64,000 nt of DNA from an uncultured Actinomycetes bacterium (GCA_963833655.1 CAWHYL010000003.1:160100-224099), one strand, 5' to 3'. Positions 50,179-59,793 are shown, counted from the stretch's first letter. Translations and numbers: made by a program. Notes: generated by a model not told the origin, from the sequence alone.

Positions 50179-51204
50179 CTAGCTCAGTTTTCGCGGCAGC
50201 GTTGCCAGTGCCCGCAACGCCTGTTGAAAGTTCTTCACAGGGATGATCCGCAGGCCATGCGCGTAGCGTTGCGCGACCTTCGCGTTGTCCCCATCCACCG
50301 GGACGAGGAAGGCGTCGACGCCGGCCCGGCGCGCTCCGATCGTCTTCTGCTTCACGCCGCCGATGCTCGTCACCGACCCGTCGAGCTGGATCTCGCCGGT
50401 TGCCGCGAGCCTGAGCCCGCGGTCGATGTTGCGCCCGCGCCGCTCCATGATCTCGAGCGCGAACGCCAGCCCCGCCGAGGGCCCACCGACGTCGCGCTCG
50501 AGGTTGAAGCGCACCGGCACCGGCAAGCGCGCCTTCACGACCTCGAGCGGCGCGAATCCGATCAGCGGGCGTTTCGGGTTGAAGCTGTCGGCGATCGTCT
50601 TGACCTTGAAGACGAGCCGCCTGGCGCCGCGAAGGACGCCGAGCCGCACCGCGTCACCGGGCCGGTGCCGCGAAAGCGCGTTGTAGAGGTCGAGCGCCGT
50701 CGCGACCTTGTGGCCGTCCGCGGCGACGACGATGTCGTTCGGCCGGAGCACGCCGCGGGCCTTCGAATCCGAGTTGATCGCGGCCACTCGAACGCCTCCC
50801 TCGCGCGCCGGGAACTTGAGCCCGAGCGCTCGTAGCGCGACGACGGCGGCCTTTTGCTGCGAGACCTTCATCGTCTCCTGGTCGACCTTGAGCTGCTGCG
50901 CATAGGTCAAGCCGCTCGGCACGAAGTCGCCCTGCGGGATCAGGTCGGCGCCGTCGGGCCGGAAGAGCTTGAAGGACGACTGCAGCAGCGAGGCCTTCTG
51001 CAGGAGGACGTCGACGTAGTAGATACCGCCCTTGTCCGCTTGCCGCTTCCCGCCCGGAACCTCGATCAGGCCTGCGAGCGGGTGCGCCTTGTCCGGCACC
51101 TCGAGCAGCTTGTCGCTCTTCTGCGTGACCATGTAGGCGGCGACCGCGACGAGCAGGATCAGCCCCACGGTCAGGAGCCGCAGCGGCGACAGCAGGCGCC
51201 GCAT
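50179..51204 (-). CDS. Membrane-anchored PDZ-domain Lon-like (S16) serine protease (SdrC/YlbL type)
   Basis: In-frame ATG 51204 overlaps the SDR stop (ATGA). Has an N-terminal TM helix, a PDZ domain (DIVVAADGHKV) and the Lon catalytic motif GPSAGLAFALE...GGV..K. Confidence 0.85.
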   Translation of the reverse strand: MRRLLSPLRLLTVGLILLVAVAAYMVTQKSDKLLEVPDKAHPLAGLIEVPGGKRQADKGGIYYVDVLLQKASLLQSSFKLFRPDGADLIPQGDFVPSGLTYAQQLKVDQETMKVSQQKAAVVALRALGLKFPAREGGVRVAAINSDSKARGVLRPNDIVVAADGHKVATALDLYNALSRHRPGDAVRLGVLRGARRLVFKVKTIADSFNPKRPLIGFAPLEVVKARLPVPVRFNLERDVGGPSAGLAFALEIMERRGRNIDRGLRLAATGEIQLDGSVTSIGGVKQKTIGARRAGVDAFLVPVDGDNAKVAQRYAHGLRIIPVKNFQQALRALATLPRKLS

Positions 51205-51947
51205 CACAGCAGCCCGCGCGTGAGGCCGCCGTCGACCACGACCGTCGTCCCGGTGACGTAGCGCGCGCGGTCGGACGCGAGGAAGCACGCCACGTCGCCG
51301 AATTCCTGCGCCGTGCCCCAGCGTCCCAGCGGAATCGCCTTCAGGTCGTCGGCTGTGGGCCCGTCCGGGTACAGGTGCGCGAGCCGCGCGGTGTCGATGC
51401 GGCCCGGTGCCACACAGTTCACCGTCACGCCCTGTGGCCCGAGCTCGTTGGCGAGCGTCTTCGCGTAGCCGGTGACGCCCGGCCTGATCGTGTTCGAGAG
51501 CGCGAGATGGTCGGTCGGCTCGAGGACGGCGCTCGACGTGAAGACGAGGATGCGCCCGCCCGCGCTCTGCACGAGGTACGGGAGGCACAGCGCGACGAGC
51601 CGGACGAGCGGCGCGAGCAGGAGCTCGACCGCCTCCTCGATGCTCTCCGGCGTGACCGAGGTTCCCGCGCCCGGCGGGGGGCCGCCGCTGTTCCAGACGA
51701 GGATGTCGAGCCCGCCGAAGGCTTCGACCGTCCGCTGGACGACGGTCGCGAGATCGCGCGGGCTCGTCACGTCGCCGCGGACTGCGAGCGCGCCGATCCG
51801 ATCGGCCTCGCGCTCGAGCACCTCGCGGCGGCGCGCGAACATCGTCACGTTCGCGCCTTCCGCGGCGAGCGCCTCGGCGGTTGCGAGCCCGAGGCCGGAC
51901 GACGCGCCGCAGACGATCGCCGTGCGCCCCTTGAGCCCGAGGTCCAT
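51204..51947 (-). CDS. Short-chain dehydrogenase/reductase (FabG-like)
   Basis: ORF 51204..51947 shows TAIVCGASSGLG, N.GG, Y...K-like context and PG.I.T. Confidence 0.88.
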   Translation of the reverse strand: MDLGLKGRTAIVCGASSGLGLATAEALAAEGANVTMFARRREVLEREADRIGALAVRGDVTSPRDLATVVQRTVEAFGGLDILVWNSGGPPPGAGTSVTPESIEEAVELLLAPLVRLVALCLPYLVQSAGGRILVFTSSAVLEPTDHLALSNTIRPGVTGYAKTLANELGPQGVTVNCVAPGRIDTARLAHLYPDGPTADDLKAIPLGRWGTAQEFGDVACFLASDRARYVTGTTVVVDGGLTRGLL

Positions 51948-52050
51948 CTCCTAAGGCACCGCTTGCGGTGCCGACGTCAGGACGCACGAGCTTTGCTCGT
52001 GAGTCCGTCTGAAATGACCGGTCGGCCCGATTGAACTGGTCACAACGGTG

Positions 52051-52974
52051 CTACGTCGTGAGGACGCCGACGACGTCGCGCACCGCGTCGGCGGATTCGT
52101 GCAGCGCTTGCTGCTCGGCGTCCGTCAGCTCGAGCTCGACGACCTCCTCCAGGCCGCCTGCACCGAGCTTGACCGGTACGCCCATGTAGAGGCCGTCGAT
52201 GCCGTACTCCCCCTCGAGGTAGGCGGTGCACGGCAGCACCCGCTTCTCGTCCAGCATCACGGAGTGCACCATCTGCGCGGTCGCCGCGCCGGGCGCGTAC
52301 CACGCCGACGTCCCGAGGAGGTTGACGACCTCGCCGCCACCCTTCGCGGTGCGCTCGACGATCTCGTCGATGCGGTCCTGCGGGACGAGCTTCGCGAGCG
52401 GCACGCCGCCGACGGTCGTCGCCGAGACGACCGACACCATCTGGTCGCCGTGCCCGCCGAGAACGAGCGCCTGCACGTCCTTGACCGACGACTTCGTCTC
52501 CCACGCGATGAACGTGCGGAACCGCGCCGTGTCGAGGACGCCTGCCTGGCCGAAGACGCGCTCCTTCGGGAAGCCCGAGACGTTCTTGGCGACGTGGCAC
52601 ATCGCGTCGAGCGGGTTCGAGACGACGATCAGGATCGCGTCCGGCGACTGTGCGATCGCCTGCTCGGTCACCGACCCGACGATCTTCTCGTTGGTCGTCA
52701 CGAGGTCGTCTCGGCTCATGCCCGGCTTGCGCGGCACCCCGGCGGTGACGACGACGACCGTCGATCCCGCCGTCTCCTCGTAGCCGTTCGACCCGACGAC
52801 GTTGGCCTCGTAGCCGAGCACCGGGCCTGCCTCGTTGATGTCGAGCGCGATGCCCTGCGGCAGGTTCTCGACGATGTCGACGATGACGACGTCGGCGTAG
52901 TCGCGCCGCGCAACCTCCTGCGCAACCGTGCGGCCGACCATCCCGGCGCCGATCACGGTGACCTTCCTACGCAA
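52051..52974 (-). CDS. mdh: Malate dehydrogenase (LDH-like MDH)
   Basis: ORF 52051..52974 shows KVTVIGAGMVG, DIVEN.PQG.ALD, GVPRKPGMSRDDL and VLGGHGD.MV. Confidence 0.93.
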   Translation of the reverse strand: MRRKVTVIGAGMVGRTVAQEVARRDYADVVIVDIVENLPQGIALDINEAGPVLGYEANVVGSNGYEETAGSTVVVVTAGVPRKPGMSRDDLVTTNEKIVGSVTEQAIAQSPDAILIVVSNPLDAMCHVAKNVSGFPKERVFGQAGVLDTARFRTFIAWETKSSVKDVQALVLGGHGDQMVSVVSATTVGGVPLAKLVPQDRIDEIVERTAKGGGEVVNLLGTSAWYAPGAATAQMVHSVMLDEKRVLPCTAYLEGEYGIDGLYMGVPVKLGAGGLEEVVELELTDAEQQALHESADAVRDVVGVLTT

Positions 52975-54061
52975 CGCGCGCTCCGAGCTTCTCGATGATC
53001 GCGTCGGCGACCTCGCTCGTCCCGACGGACGTCGGGTCGTCGCGCGTCGGCTTCATGTCGTACGTGACGCTCCGGCCCTCGTGGATGACCTCCGCGATCG
53101 CCTGCTCGAGGCTGTCCGCGGCTTCGGTCTCGTCGAGGTGTCGGAGCATCAGCATGCCGGACAGGAGCTGCGCCATCGGGTTGACCCTGTTCTGGCCGGC
53201 GTACTTCGGAGCGGAGCCGTGCGTCGGCTCGAAGATGGCGATTCCTTCGCCGAAGTTGGCGCCGGGGGCAAGGCCGAGGCCGCCGATCATCCCGGCGCAG
53301 AGATCGGAGAGGACGTCGCCGTACAGGTTCGGCAGCACGAGGACGTCGTACTCCTCCGGACGCTGCACGAGCTGCATGCACATGTTGTCGACGATGCGGT
53401 CGTCGAACTCGATGTCGCCGTTCTCCGCCGCGACCTCGCGCGCGACATGCAGGTACAGCCCGTCCGAGAACTTCATGATGTTCGCCTTGTGCACGGCGGT
53501 CACCTTCTGACGGCCGTTGCGGCGGGCGTAGTCGAACGCGAACTGGACGATGCGGCGCGTCCCGGTGATCGAGATCGGCTTGATCGAGATCCCGGCGTCG
53601 TCGTGGGCGAGCTTCCCGCCCTTCGACTTGATCCAGGCGATCAGCTCCTCCGCTTCCGGCGATCCCTGCTCGTACTCGATGCCGACGTACAGGTCCTCCG
53701 TGTTCTCGCGGACGACGATCAGGTCGACGTCCTCGAAGCGCGTGCGCACGCCCGGATACGTCTTGCAGGGGCGCACCTGCGCGTAGAGGTCGAGGCTCTT
53801 GCGGAGCGCGACGTTGACGGAGCGAAAGCCGCCGCCCACAGGCGTCGTGATCGGCCCTTTGAGCGCGACGCCGCTGTCGCGGACGGCCTCGAGCACCTCG
53901 TCGGGTAGCGGGTTCCCGCCGTATTTGTCCATCACGTCGGCGCCCGCCTCGCGGACGTCCCAGTCGAAGTCGACGCCCGTCGCCTCGAGGACGCGGCGCG
54001 TTGCCTCTGTCAGCTCGGGGCCGGTGCCGTCGCCGGGGATGAGCGTCACGCGATGGGCCAC
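52967..54061 (-). CDS. icd: Isocitrate dehydrogenase (isocitrate/isopropylmalate dehydrogenase family, about 360-aa type)
   Basis: ORF 52967..54061 shows LIPGDG.GPE, RS.NV.LR, VRENTE.LY, NLYGD.LSD and GGLGLAP.AN. It overlaps the mdh start by 8 nt. Confidence 0.9.
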   Translation of the reverse strand: MAHRVTLIPGDGTGPELTEATRRVLEATGVDFDWDVREAGADVMDKYGGNPLPDEVLEAVRDSGVALKGPITTPVGGGFRSVNVALRKSLDLYAQVRPCKTYPGVRTRFEDVDLIVVRENTEDLYVGIEYEQGSPEAEELIAWIKSKGGKLAHDDAGISIKPISITGTRRIVQFAFDYARRNGRQKVTAVHKANIMKFSDGLYLHVAREVAAENGDIEFDDRIVDNMCMQLVQRPEEYDVLVLPNLYGDVLSDLCAGMIGGLGLAPGANFGEGIAIFEPTHGSAPKYAGQNRVNPMAQLLSGMLMLRHLDETEAADSLEQAIAEVIHEGRSVTYDMKPTRDDPTSVGTSEVADAIIEKLGARVA

Positions 54062-54165
54062 GGCGGCGCATGGTACTGACAGCGGCGTCGCTCGCGACGC
54101 CTGATCAGGGTCGCGCGCCTCCGAGGCAAGCGGCCGTCTCGAGCCTGATCTAGCATGCCGCCGCT

Positions 54166-54666
54166 ATGACCCTCACCGAGGCTGCGGCGCAGGCCGACGA
54201 GCTTGCGCAGTCGGGCTCCGAGCGCGAGCTGGCGACGCTGCGCCAGCAATGGGACGAGGAGGTCGAGGCGGCCGCCCGCAGCGGCGACTATCGCGAGCGC
54301 GCCGTCGCCTACCGGGCGATCGGCCAGTTCCGCTTCCGGCAGAAGCTCGAGCTGTTGCGGCGCGGGCTGGAGGACGAGAGCCCCGCGGTGCGCGGCTCGG
54401 CGCTCGTCTCCGTCCAGCAGCTCTCGCGGGACGCGCCGGGGCTCGTCAACTCGATGCGGCCGCTGCTGCACGACCTCGCCTCGAGCGACCCGAATCAGGC
54501 GGTGCGCCGGCTCGCGATCGTGTGCCTGCGCAACGGCTCGCCGCAGCGCGAGACGATCGTCCTGCTCAACGGCCTGGCGGAAGACGACGAGCAGGAGCCG
54601 GCGTTGCGGCAGGCTGCGCGTGCCGTCGCTTCGGACTTGAGAAAGCGGGCGGCCTCGAAGCCCTAG
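54166..54666 (+). CDS. HEAT-repeat protein
   Basis: ORF 54166..54666 has repeated D..P.VR..A helix pairs (DESPAVRGSAL, DPNQAVRRLAI, EQEPALRQAA). Confidence 0.65.
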   Translation: MTLTEAAAQADELAQSGSERELATLRQQWDEEVEAAARSGDYRERAVAYRAIGQFRFRQKLELLRRGLEDESPAVRGSALVSVQQLSRDAPGLVNSMRPLLHDLASSDPNQAVRRLAIVCLRNGSPQRETIVLLNGLAEDDEQEPALRQAARAVASDLRKRAASKP

Positions 54667-54836
54667 GAGCCCGCGCAGCGAGTGCAGACGCGTGCCTCGA
54701 TCACGCGTCCGCAGCTCGGGCAGTGCCGTCCCGTCCTCCGCCACTCGAGCATGCTCTTCTGGATGCCGGCGACCACCATCAGGTAGCCGACGCTGGAGGT
54801 GAGGAGGGCGAGGATGATGATGTGGAGGTTGTTCAT
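54663..54836 (-). CDS. Candidate 57-aa protein: N-terminal TM helix plus C4 zinc ribbon
   Basis: ATG 54836 lies 2 nt after the upstream recombinase stop. Codons mostly end in G or C. Sequence: MNNLHIIILALLTSSVGYLMVVAG...HCPSCGRVIEARVCTRCAGS (C-x2-C-x9-C-x2-C). Confidence 0.5.
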   Translation of the reverse strand: MNNLHIIILALLTSSVGYLMVVAGIQKSMLEWRRTGRHCPSCGRVIEARVCTRCAGS

Positions 54837-54838
54837 CG

Positions 54839-55726
54839 TCACGTCGTCTTGCGCCGTCCGTGCGGGTGCGCCTGGAAGTACAACTCCCGACGACGCCGAT
54901 CGGATACGTGGGTGTACAGCTCGGTCGTCGCGAGGTCCGCGTGGCCGAGCATCTCCTGCACCGAGCGCAGGTCGGCGCCACCTTCGAGCAGGTGTGTGGC
55001 GAACGAGTGCCGCAGCAGATGCGGATGGACGCGCTCCGGCTCCAGCCCGGCCTTCGCGGCGAGCCGGCGCAGGATCAGGAACGCGCCGGCGCGCGTGAGG
55101 CCGCCGCCCTTCGCGTTCAGGAACAGCTCCGGCCGGTGCCGCGCGTCGAGGAACGGCCGGCCGCGGGACAGGTAGCGGCGCAGCGCCTGCACCGCCTGGC
55201 GGCCGACCGGCACGACCCGCTCCTTGGAGCCTTTGCCGATGCAGCGGACGAGCCGGCCCTCGAGGTCGACGCTCGACTTGTCGAGCCCGACCGCCTCGCT
55301 GACGCGCAGGCCCGCGCCGTAGAGCAGCTCGACGAGCGCGCGGTCGCGGAGGTCGCGAGGCGTCGTGCCCGCTGCCGCCTCGACCAGGCGCTCCGCCTCT
55401 GCCGGCGACAGCGTGCGCGGCAGGGTGCGACGGCGGCGCGGGAGGTCCAGCTCGGCGGCCGGGTTGTCGGCGCGCGCGCCGAGCAGCATCTGGTGCCGGA
55501 AGAAGGAGCGGATCGCGGCGACGCGGCGGGCGATCGTCGCCGGCGAGCGGCCGGCCGCGCGCAGCTCCGCGAGGTAGCGCTCGAGCTGCTCGGTCGTGAT
55601 CTTGCCGATCGGCTCGCCGAACCATTCCCCGAGCGCCGCGAGGTCGCGCCGATACGCCTCGACCGTCTTCGGCGCGCGGCGGGTCGCGAGCAGCGCGAGA
55701 AAGCCTTCGACCTCGGGATCGACCAC
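54839..55726 (-). CDS. Tyrosine recombinase, XerC/XerD family
   Basis: ORF 54839..55726 shows the catalytic signature R...GKGSKER.VP...HPH.LRHSFATHLLEGGADLR.VQE.LGH....TT..YTH. Confidence 0.9.
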   Translation of the reverse strand: MVDPEVEGFLALLATRRAPKTVEAYRRDLAALGEWFGEPIGKITTEQLERYLAELRAAGRSPATIARRVAAIRSFFRHQMLLGARADNPAAELDLPRRRRTLPRTLSPAEAERLVEAAAGTTPRDLRDRALVELLYGAGLRVSEAVGLDKSSVDLEGRLVRCIGKGSKERVVPVGRQAVQALRRYLSRGRPFLDARHRPELFLNAKGGGLTRAGAFLILRRLAAKAGLEPERVHPHLLRHSFATHLLEGGADLRSVQEMLGHADLATTELYTHVSDRRRRELYFQAHPHGRRKTT

Positions 55727-55763
55727 CCGTGACCTTTCGCGTCAGAAGGCGCGCGTCCTACAA

Positions 55764-55793
55764 GGGGTCTGACCCCGACAGGGGTCTGACCCC
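55764..55793. repeat. GGGGTCTGACCCC pair between the two recombinase genes
   Basis: GGGGTCTGACCCC-GACA-GGGGTCTGACCCC followed by AGCAGTTCG. Confidence 0.8.
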
Positions 55794-55815
55794 AGCAGTT
55801 CGAAGTGATCCCGCG

Positions 55816-56661
55816 TCAGCTACGCGGGTGCGCGCGGTCGTAGACGCGCCGCAAGCGGCGGCCGTCCACGTGGCTGTACAGCTGCGTCGTCGAGAGCGAG
55901 CTGTGGCCGAGCAGCTCCTGGATCGTGCGCAGGTCGGCGCCGCCTTCGAGCAGGTGGGTGGCGAACGCGTGCCGCAGACGGTGCGGGTGCGCGAAGACGC
56001 GGCGCAGCGTCGAGGTGTCGAGCCGCTTCCCGCGGGCCGAGACGAACACGGCGTTCTCGGCGCCGCGCACGAGCTTCGGCCGCGTCTCGTGCAGGTAGCG
56101 CGCGAGCAGGTATGCCGCTTCCTCGCCGAGCGGGACGATCCGCTCCTTGCCGCCCTTGCCGCGGACGTGCAGCTGCTCGCGGTCGAAGTCGACGTCCGCG
56201 AGGTCGAGCCCGACGGCCTCCGACGAGCGCAGGCCGGCGGAATAGACGAGCTCGACGAGCGCCCGGTTCCGAACTGCCAGCGGTCCGTCGCCGGCGAGCG
56301 ACTCGAGCGCCGCCTCGACCTCTGCCGGTTTCGGGGTGTCGGGTAGGCGGCGCCGGCGGCGCGGCGCCAGCGCCGCGTCCGGAACGTTGGTCGGCCCCAG
56401 CGTGAAGCGAAGGAAGCTCCTGACGGCGGCGATCTTCCGGGCGATCGTCGCCGGCGCGAGCTTGCGCGGTCGTGCGCGTCCGAGCTCGGTGACGTACTGC
56501 ATCAAGACGCGCACATCGATATCGGCGAGCGTGAGCCTGCGGTCGTCGAGCCACCGGCCGAACTCCTCGACGTCGCCGCGGTACGAGCGCCGCGTCGCCT
56601 CGCCGAGCCGCGGCGAGTCGAGAAAGCGATCGATTTCGGCTTGCGCCCGCACGCCCACCAC
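55816..56661 (-). CDS. Tyrosine recombinase, XerC/XerD family (second, tandem copy)
   Basis: ORF 55816..56691. An internal GTG at 56661 is preferred because the longest start overlaps the divergent aminopeptidase start. Shows GKGGKERIVPLG, HRLRHAFATHLLEGGADLR and LGHSSLSTTQLYSH. Confidence 0.88.
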   Translation of the reverse strand: MVGVRAQAEIDRFLDSPRLGEATRRSYRGDVEEFGRWLDDRRLTLADIDVRVLMQYVTELGRARPRKLAPATIARKIAAVRSFLRFTLGPTNVPDAALAPRRRRRLPDTPKPAEVEAALESLAGDGPLAVRNRALVELVYSAGLRSSEAVGLDLADVDFDREQLHVRGKGGKERIVPLGEEAAYLLARYLHETRPKLVRGAENAVFVSARGKRLDTSTLRRVFAHPHRLRHAFATHLLEGGADLRTIQELLGHSSLSTTQLYSHVDGRRLRRVYDRAHPRS

Positions 56662-56689
56662 TTCGCGCCGCGGATAGCATCGCCTTCCC

Positions 56690-57883
56690 ATGAACGACAG
56701 CCTCGAGCGCTACGCCGACCTGATCGTCAACTTCGGGGTCAACGTCCACCCCGGCCAGATCCTCGACCTCGGCAGCGGGCTCGGGAAGGAGGAGCTGACG
56801 CGCGCGATCGCGGCCAGCGCCTACAAGCGCGGCGCGAAGTTCGTCGACGTCAACTACTGGGACCCATGGCTGAAGCGCGCGCGCGTGCAGTACGCGGCCG
56901 ACGACGTGCTCGACTTCGTGCCGTCGTGGTACGCCGACCGAACGCTGCAGCTCGGCGAGGAGCGCGCCGCGACGATCCTGCTCAGCGGCCCGCTCGCGCC
57001 GCACCTCTACGACGACCTCGACCCGGCGCGGCTGGGACGGGACGTGTTCCCGCGCATCAAGGAGTGGACGAAGGTCATCAACGAGCGCACCGTCAACTGG
57101 TGCATCGCGCCGGGGCCGTCGGACAAGTGGGCCGGGCTCGTCCATCCGCAGCTCGAGCCCGCGGAGGCGCTCGAGAAGCTGTGGGAGCAGGTGCTCCACG
57201 TCTGCCGCATGGACGAGGCCGACCCGGAAGCCGCGTGGCGCGAGCGCAGCGATGCGCTGAAGGGCGTGGCCGAGCGCCTGACGGAGCGCCACTTCGACGC
57301 GATCCACCTGCAGGGCGGCGGCACCGACGTGACGATCGGCCTGCTGCCGACGTCGAGGTGGGTGGGAGGCGGCGAGGAGACCGTCGACGGCATCCAGCAC
57401 ATGGCCAACCTGCCGACGGAGGAGGTCTTCACGACGCCCGACCCGGAGCGTGCCGACGGCATCGTGCGTGCGACCAAGCCGCTGTTCAGCCAGGGCCGCA
57501 TCATCACGGGGCTGACCGTCCGCTTCGAGGGCGGCCGCGCCGTGCAGATCGACGCCGACTCGGGCGCGGAAACGCTGCGGGCCCTCGCCGAGCAGGACGA
57601 GGGCGGGAGTAGGCTCGGCGAGCTCGCGCTCGTCGACCGCGAGGGGCGCATCGGCCCGCTCGACACGGTCTTCTACGACACGCTGCTCGACGAGAACGCC
57701 GCCAGCCACGTCGCGCTCGGCTCGGCGTACGAGGCGGCGGTCGCGCCCGAGGAGTTCGACCGCATCAACCGCTCCTCCGTCCACATCGACTTCATGATCG
57801 GCTCCGCCGACGTCGACGTGACCGGCATCACGCGCGACGGCGAGCGCGTGCCGGTTCTGCGCCAGTCGGTCTGGCAGATCTGA
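56690..57883 (+). CDS. M29-family aminopeptidase (AmpS/PepS-like)
   Basis: ORF 56690..57883 shows LERYADLIV..GVNV..GQ, NLPTEEVFT.P, HVALG and HIDFMIG. Confidence 0.88.
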   Translation: MNDSLERYADLIVNFGVNVHPGQILDLGSGLGKEELTRAIAASAYKRGAKFVDVNYWDPWLKRARVQYAADDVLDFVPSWYADRTLQLGEERAATILLSGPLAPHLYDDLDPARLGRDVFPRIKEWTKVINERTVNWCIAPGPSDKWAGLVHPQLEPAEALEKLWEQVLHVCRMDEADPEAAWRERSDALKGVAERLTERHFDAIHLQGGGTDVTIGLLPTSRWVGGGEETVDGIQHMANLPTEEVFTTPDPERADGIVRATKPLFSQGRIITGLTVRFEGGRAVQIDADSGAETLRALAEQDEGGSRLGELALVDREGRIGPLDTVFYDTLLDENAASHVALGSAYEAAVAPEEFDRINRSSVHIDFMIGSADVDVTGITRDGERVPVLRQSVWQI

Positions 57884-58070
57884 GCACCGCGCCGCCCGAG
57901 CGAGGTCTGCGGCTACCTCGCCCAGGCGGGCGCGATCTGGACTGCGGGACATTCACTGCGCTCCGGGCCAAAGGGGAGGACGGCCCGGGCGAGCGGCCCA
58001 CGCTCCCTACATCGGGTTAGGCCTCGCGGCCCCTGAGTCCCTCGTTCGAGGGACTCAGGAACTAGGTCCG

Positions 58071-58221
58071 CCGCTTCGCGGTGAACGCGCGCGGGCGGAG
58101 CCCGCGCGCTCTAGTGGTGCTTGGCGGCTGTTTCCTTCCGTGCGGCGCGCGCAGGCTGCGCGTGCGCGCGCCGCATCAGTTCGCCTGCGCGTAAGCCTGC
58201 GGCTTACGCTCCGGCCTTGAC
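58071..58221 (+). repeat. Structured intergenic repeat, copy D
   Basis: Aligns with copies A to C. Stem 2, GCGGCGCGCGCA / TGCGCGCGCCGC, is perfect. A GGGGTCTGACCC pair follows immediately. Confidence 0.8.
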
Positions 58222-58250
58222 GGGGTCTGACCCGCCAGGGGTCTGACCCC
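58222..58250. repeat. GGGGTCTGACCC(C) pair
   Basis: GGGGTCTGACCC-GCCA-GGGGTCTGACCCC ends 11 nt before the pckA stop. Confidence 0.8.
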
Positions 58251-58260
58251 GGCCTTTCGC

Positions 58261-59793
58261 CTACCGAACGGCTGCGACGATGTCTTCCGAGAGGCTCGGG
58301 AAAGCCTCCAAGAACTCCGAGCGCTCGCGCTTGAGCCGCTCGACGTGCGCCTCGTACTCGGCAACGCGGCCGGTTCGTGCGTAGAGCTTGCGCGGCTGCA
58401 GCACCTCCTCGTCGTCGATGCCCGGGACCGACGACGCGACGAAGTAGCCGAAGTCGGGATCGCGCTCCCACTCGATCGTGCCTTCGGCGATGCCTTTGAC
58501 GATCGCGGACGAGTGCTTGATGCGCACCTTCTTCGAGCGCTCCTCCTCGTCGCCGCCGCCGACGCGGCCGGTGTTCAGGATGAACACCTCGAGCGGGTGC
58601 ACCTCGAGCAGCTCGAGGAAGCGGTTGCCCTGCAGGTCGTGCGGCATCGGGAAGAACGGGTTCGTTCCGGGCACGCGGAGCGCCTTGCCGATCTCGTCCA
58701 CGCCGCCGGCCGCCGTTCCCTTCGTCTCGCCGAGCATGAAGAAGGCCGCTGCCTGCGGTCCCTCGAGCTTCGCGACTGCGGGAATGACGTTGTCGTTCTT
58801 GTTCAGGACGAGCAGGAAGTCGGCGCCGTCGATCTCTCGGTCGGCCGCAGACTCGATCACGTCGAACGAGAACGTCGCCCGGCCGTTCTGCGTGTAGCTC
58901 TCGTCGTAGAAGTCGACCTCGTCGCCGTGCTGCGACACGTTCTCGAGGTAGGAGTCCGGCTGCGTGACCGCGCCGTAGACCGTCGGCTCGTCCTGCGGGT
59001 TCAGCCCATAGGTCTTCGCGAAGCAGCCGTTCTCGGTGACGTAGATGCGGCCGTCGGACATCCACGCGACGAAGTCGTCCTGCACCGGCAGCGAGCCGTT
59101 CTGGCGCGTGAACGTCGTCGTCGTCTTCCCCGTGCCGGAGAGACCGACGGTGAGGCAGACCTTGTCGCCGGTCGCGGTCGGGATGATCTTGCAGCCGGCG
59201 TGCAGCGGCAGCCCGCCGCGGTCGTAGACGAGCTTGTTCCACATCCGCAGCCCGCCCTTCTTCGACTCGCCGAAGTAGTCGGAGTTGAAGACGCGCGTGA
59301 CGCCCTGCTCGAGGTCGACCATGATCAGCCGGTCGTCCGGGAAGCCCTCGGCCTTCAGGTTCGGCGTGTAGACGACGGTCAGCTCCGGCTCGAAGTCGTC
59401 TTCCGGCGGTCCGAAATAGAGCTCCTGCTGCATCCCCGCGATGTTCGCGTTCGCAGCCTCGACGAAGAGGCGCGCCGGCGTGCGGAACTCGGGGTCGTTG
59501 CCGATGTAGCCGTCGATCTGGACCATCTCCTGGTCCGCGATGTACGCGTCCTGGAGCTCGGCCCACTTCGCGCCTTCGTCGGTCGGGATCGACTGGTTCT
59601 GACCGTCAGGCTCGTCGGTGACCAGGTAGGTCGAGCCCTTCGAGCGTGCCAGCACCTTCGTCTGCACGTTGAGGTTGCCGTACTTCGTCGGGCGCGCGGT
59701 GCGCATCTTCGCGGCGAGCTCCTTGACCTCCTCAGGGCTGGGATTCGCGATGACGCGCTTTGCCTGCGGAAGCCGGAACAGCATTTTCGCCAC
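58261..59793 (-). CDS. pckA: Phosphoenolpyruvate carboxykinase (ATP type)
   Basis: In-frame GTG 59793 (SD GAGAGGAG upstream) or ATG 59784. Shows the kinase-1a loop GLSGTGKTT, DDFVAW and GCFAK. Confidence 0.9.
   Translation of the reverse strand: MAKMLFRLPQAKRVIANPSPEEVKELAAKMRTARPTKYGNLNVQTKVLARSKGSTYLVTDEPDGQNQSIPTDEGAKWAELQDAYIADQEMVQIDGYIGNDPEFRTPARLFVEAANANIAGMQQELYFGPPEDDFEPELTVVYTPNLKAEGFPDDRLIMVDLEQGVTRVFNSDYFGESKKGGLRMWNKLVYDRGGLPLHAGCKIIPTATGDKVCLTVGLSGTGKTTTTFTRQNGSLPVQDDFVAWMSDGRIYVTENGCFAKTYGLNPQDEPTVYGAVTQPDSYLENVSQHGDEVDFYDESYTQNGRATFSFDVIESAADREIDGADFLLVLNKNDNVIPAVAKLEGPQAAAFFMLGETKGTAAGGVDEIGKALRVPGTNPFFPMPHDLQGNRFLELLEVHPLEVFILNTGRVGGGDEEERSKKVRIKHSSAIVKGIAEGTIEWERDPDFGYFVASSVPGIDDEEVLQPRKLYARTGRVAEYEAHVERLKRERSEFLEAFPSLSEDIVAAVR

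Noticed and set aside
54839-56661. The tandem tyrosine recombinases as integrases of a prophage, ICE or integron.
   Set aside because: There are no phage, conjugation or cassette genes and no flanking direct repeats or tRNA target. Both proteins have the XerC/D-type signature, and the neighbours are core metabolism genes.
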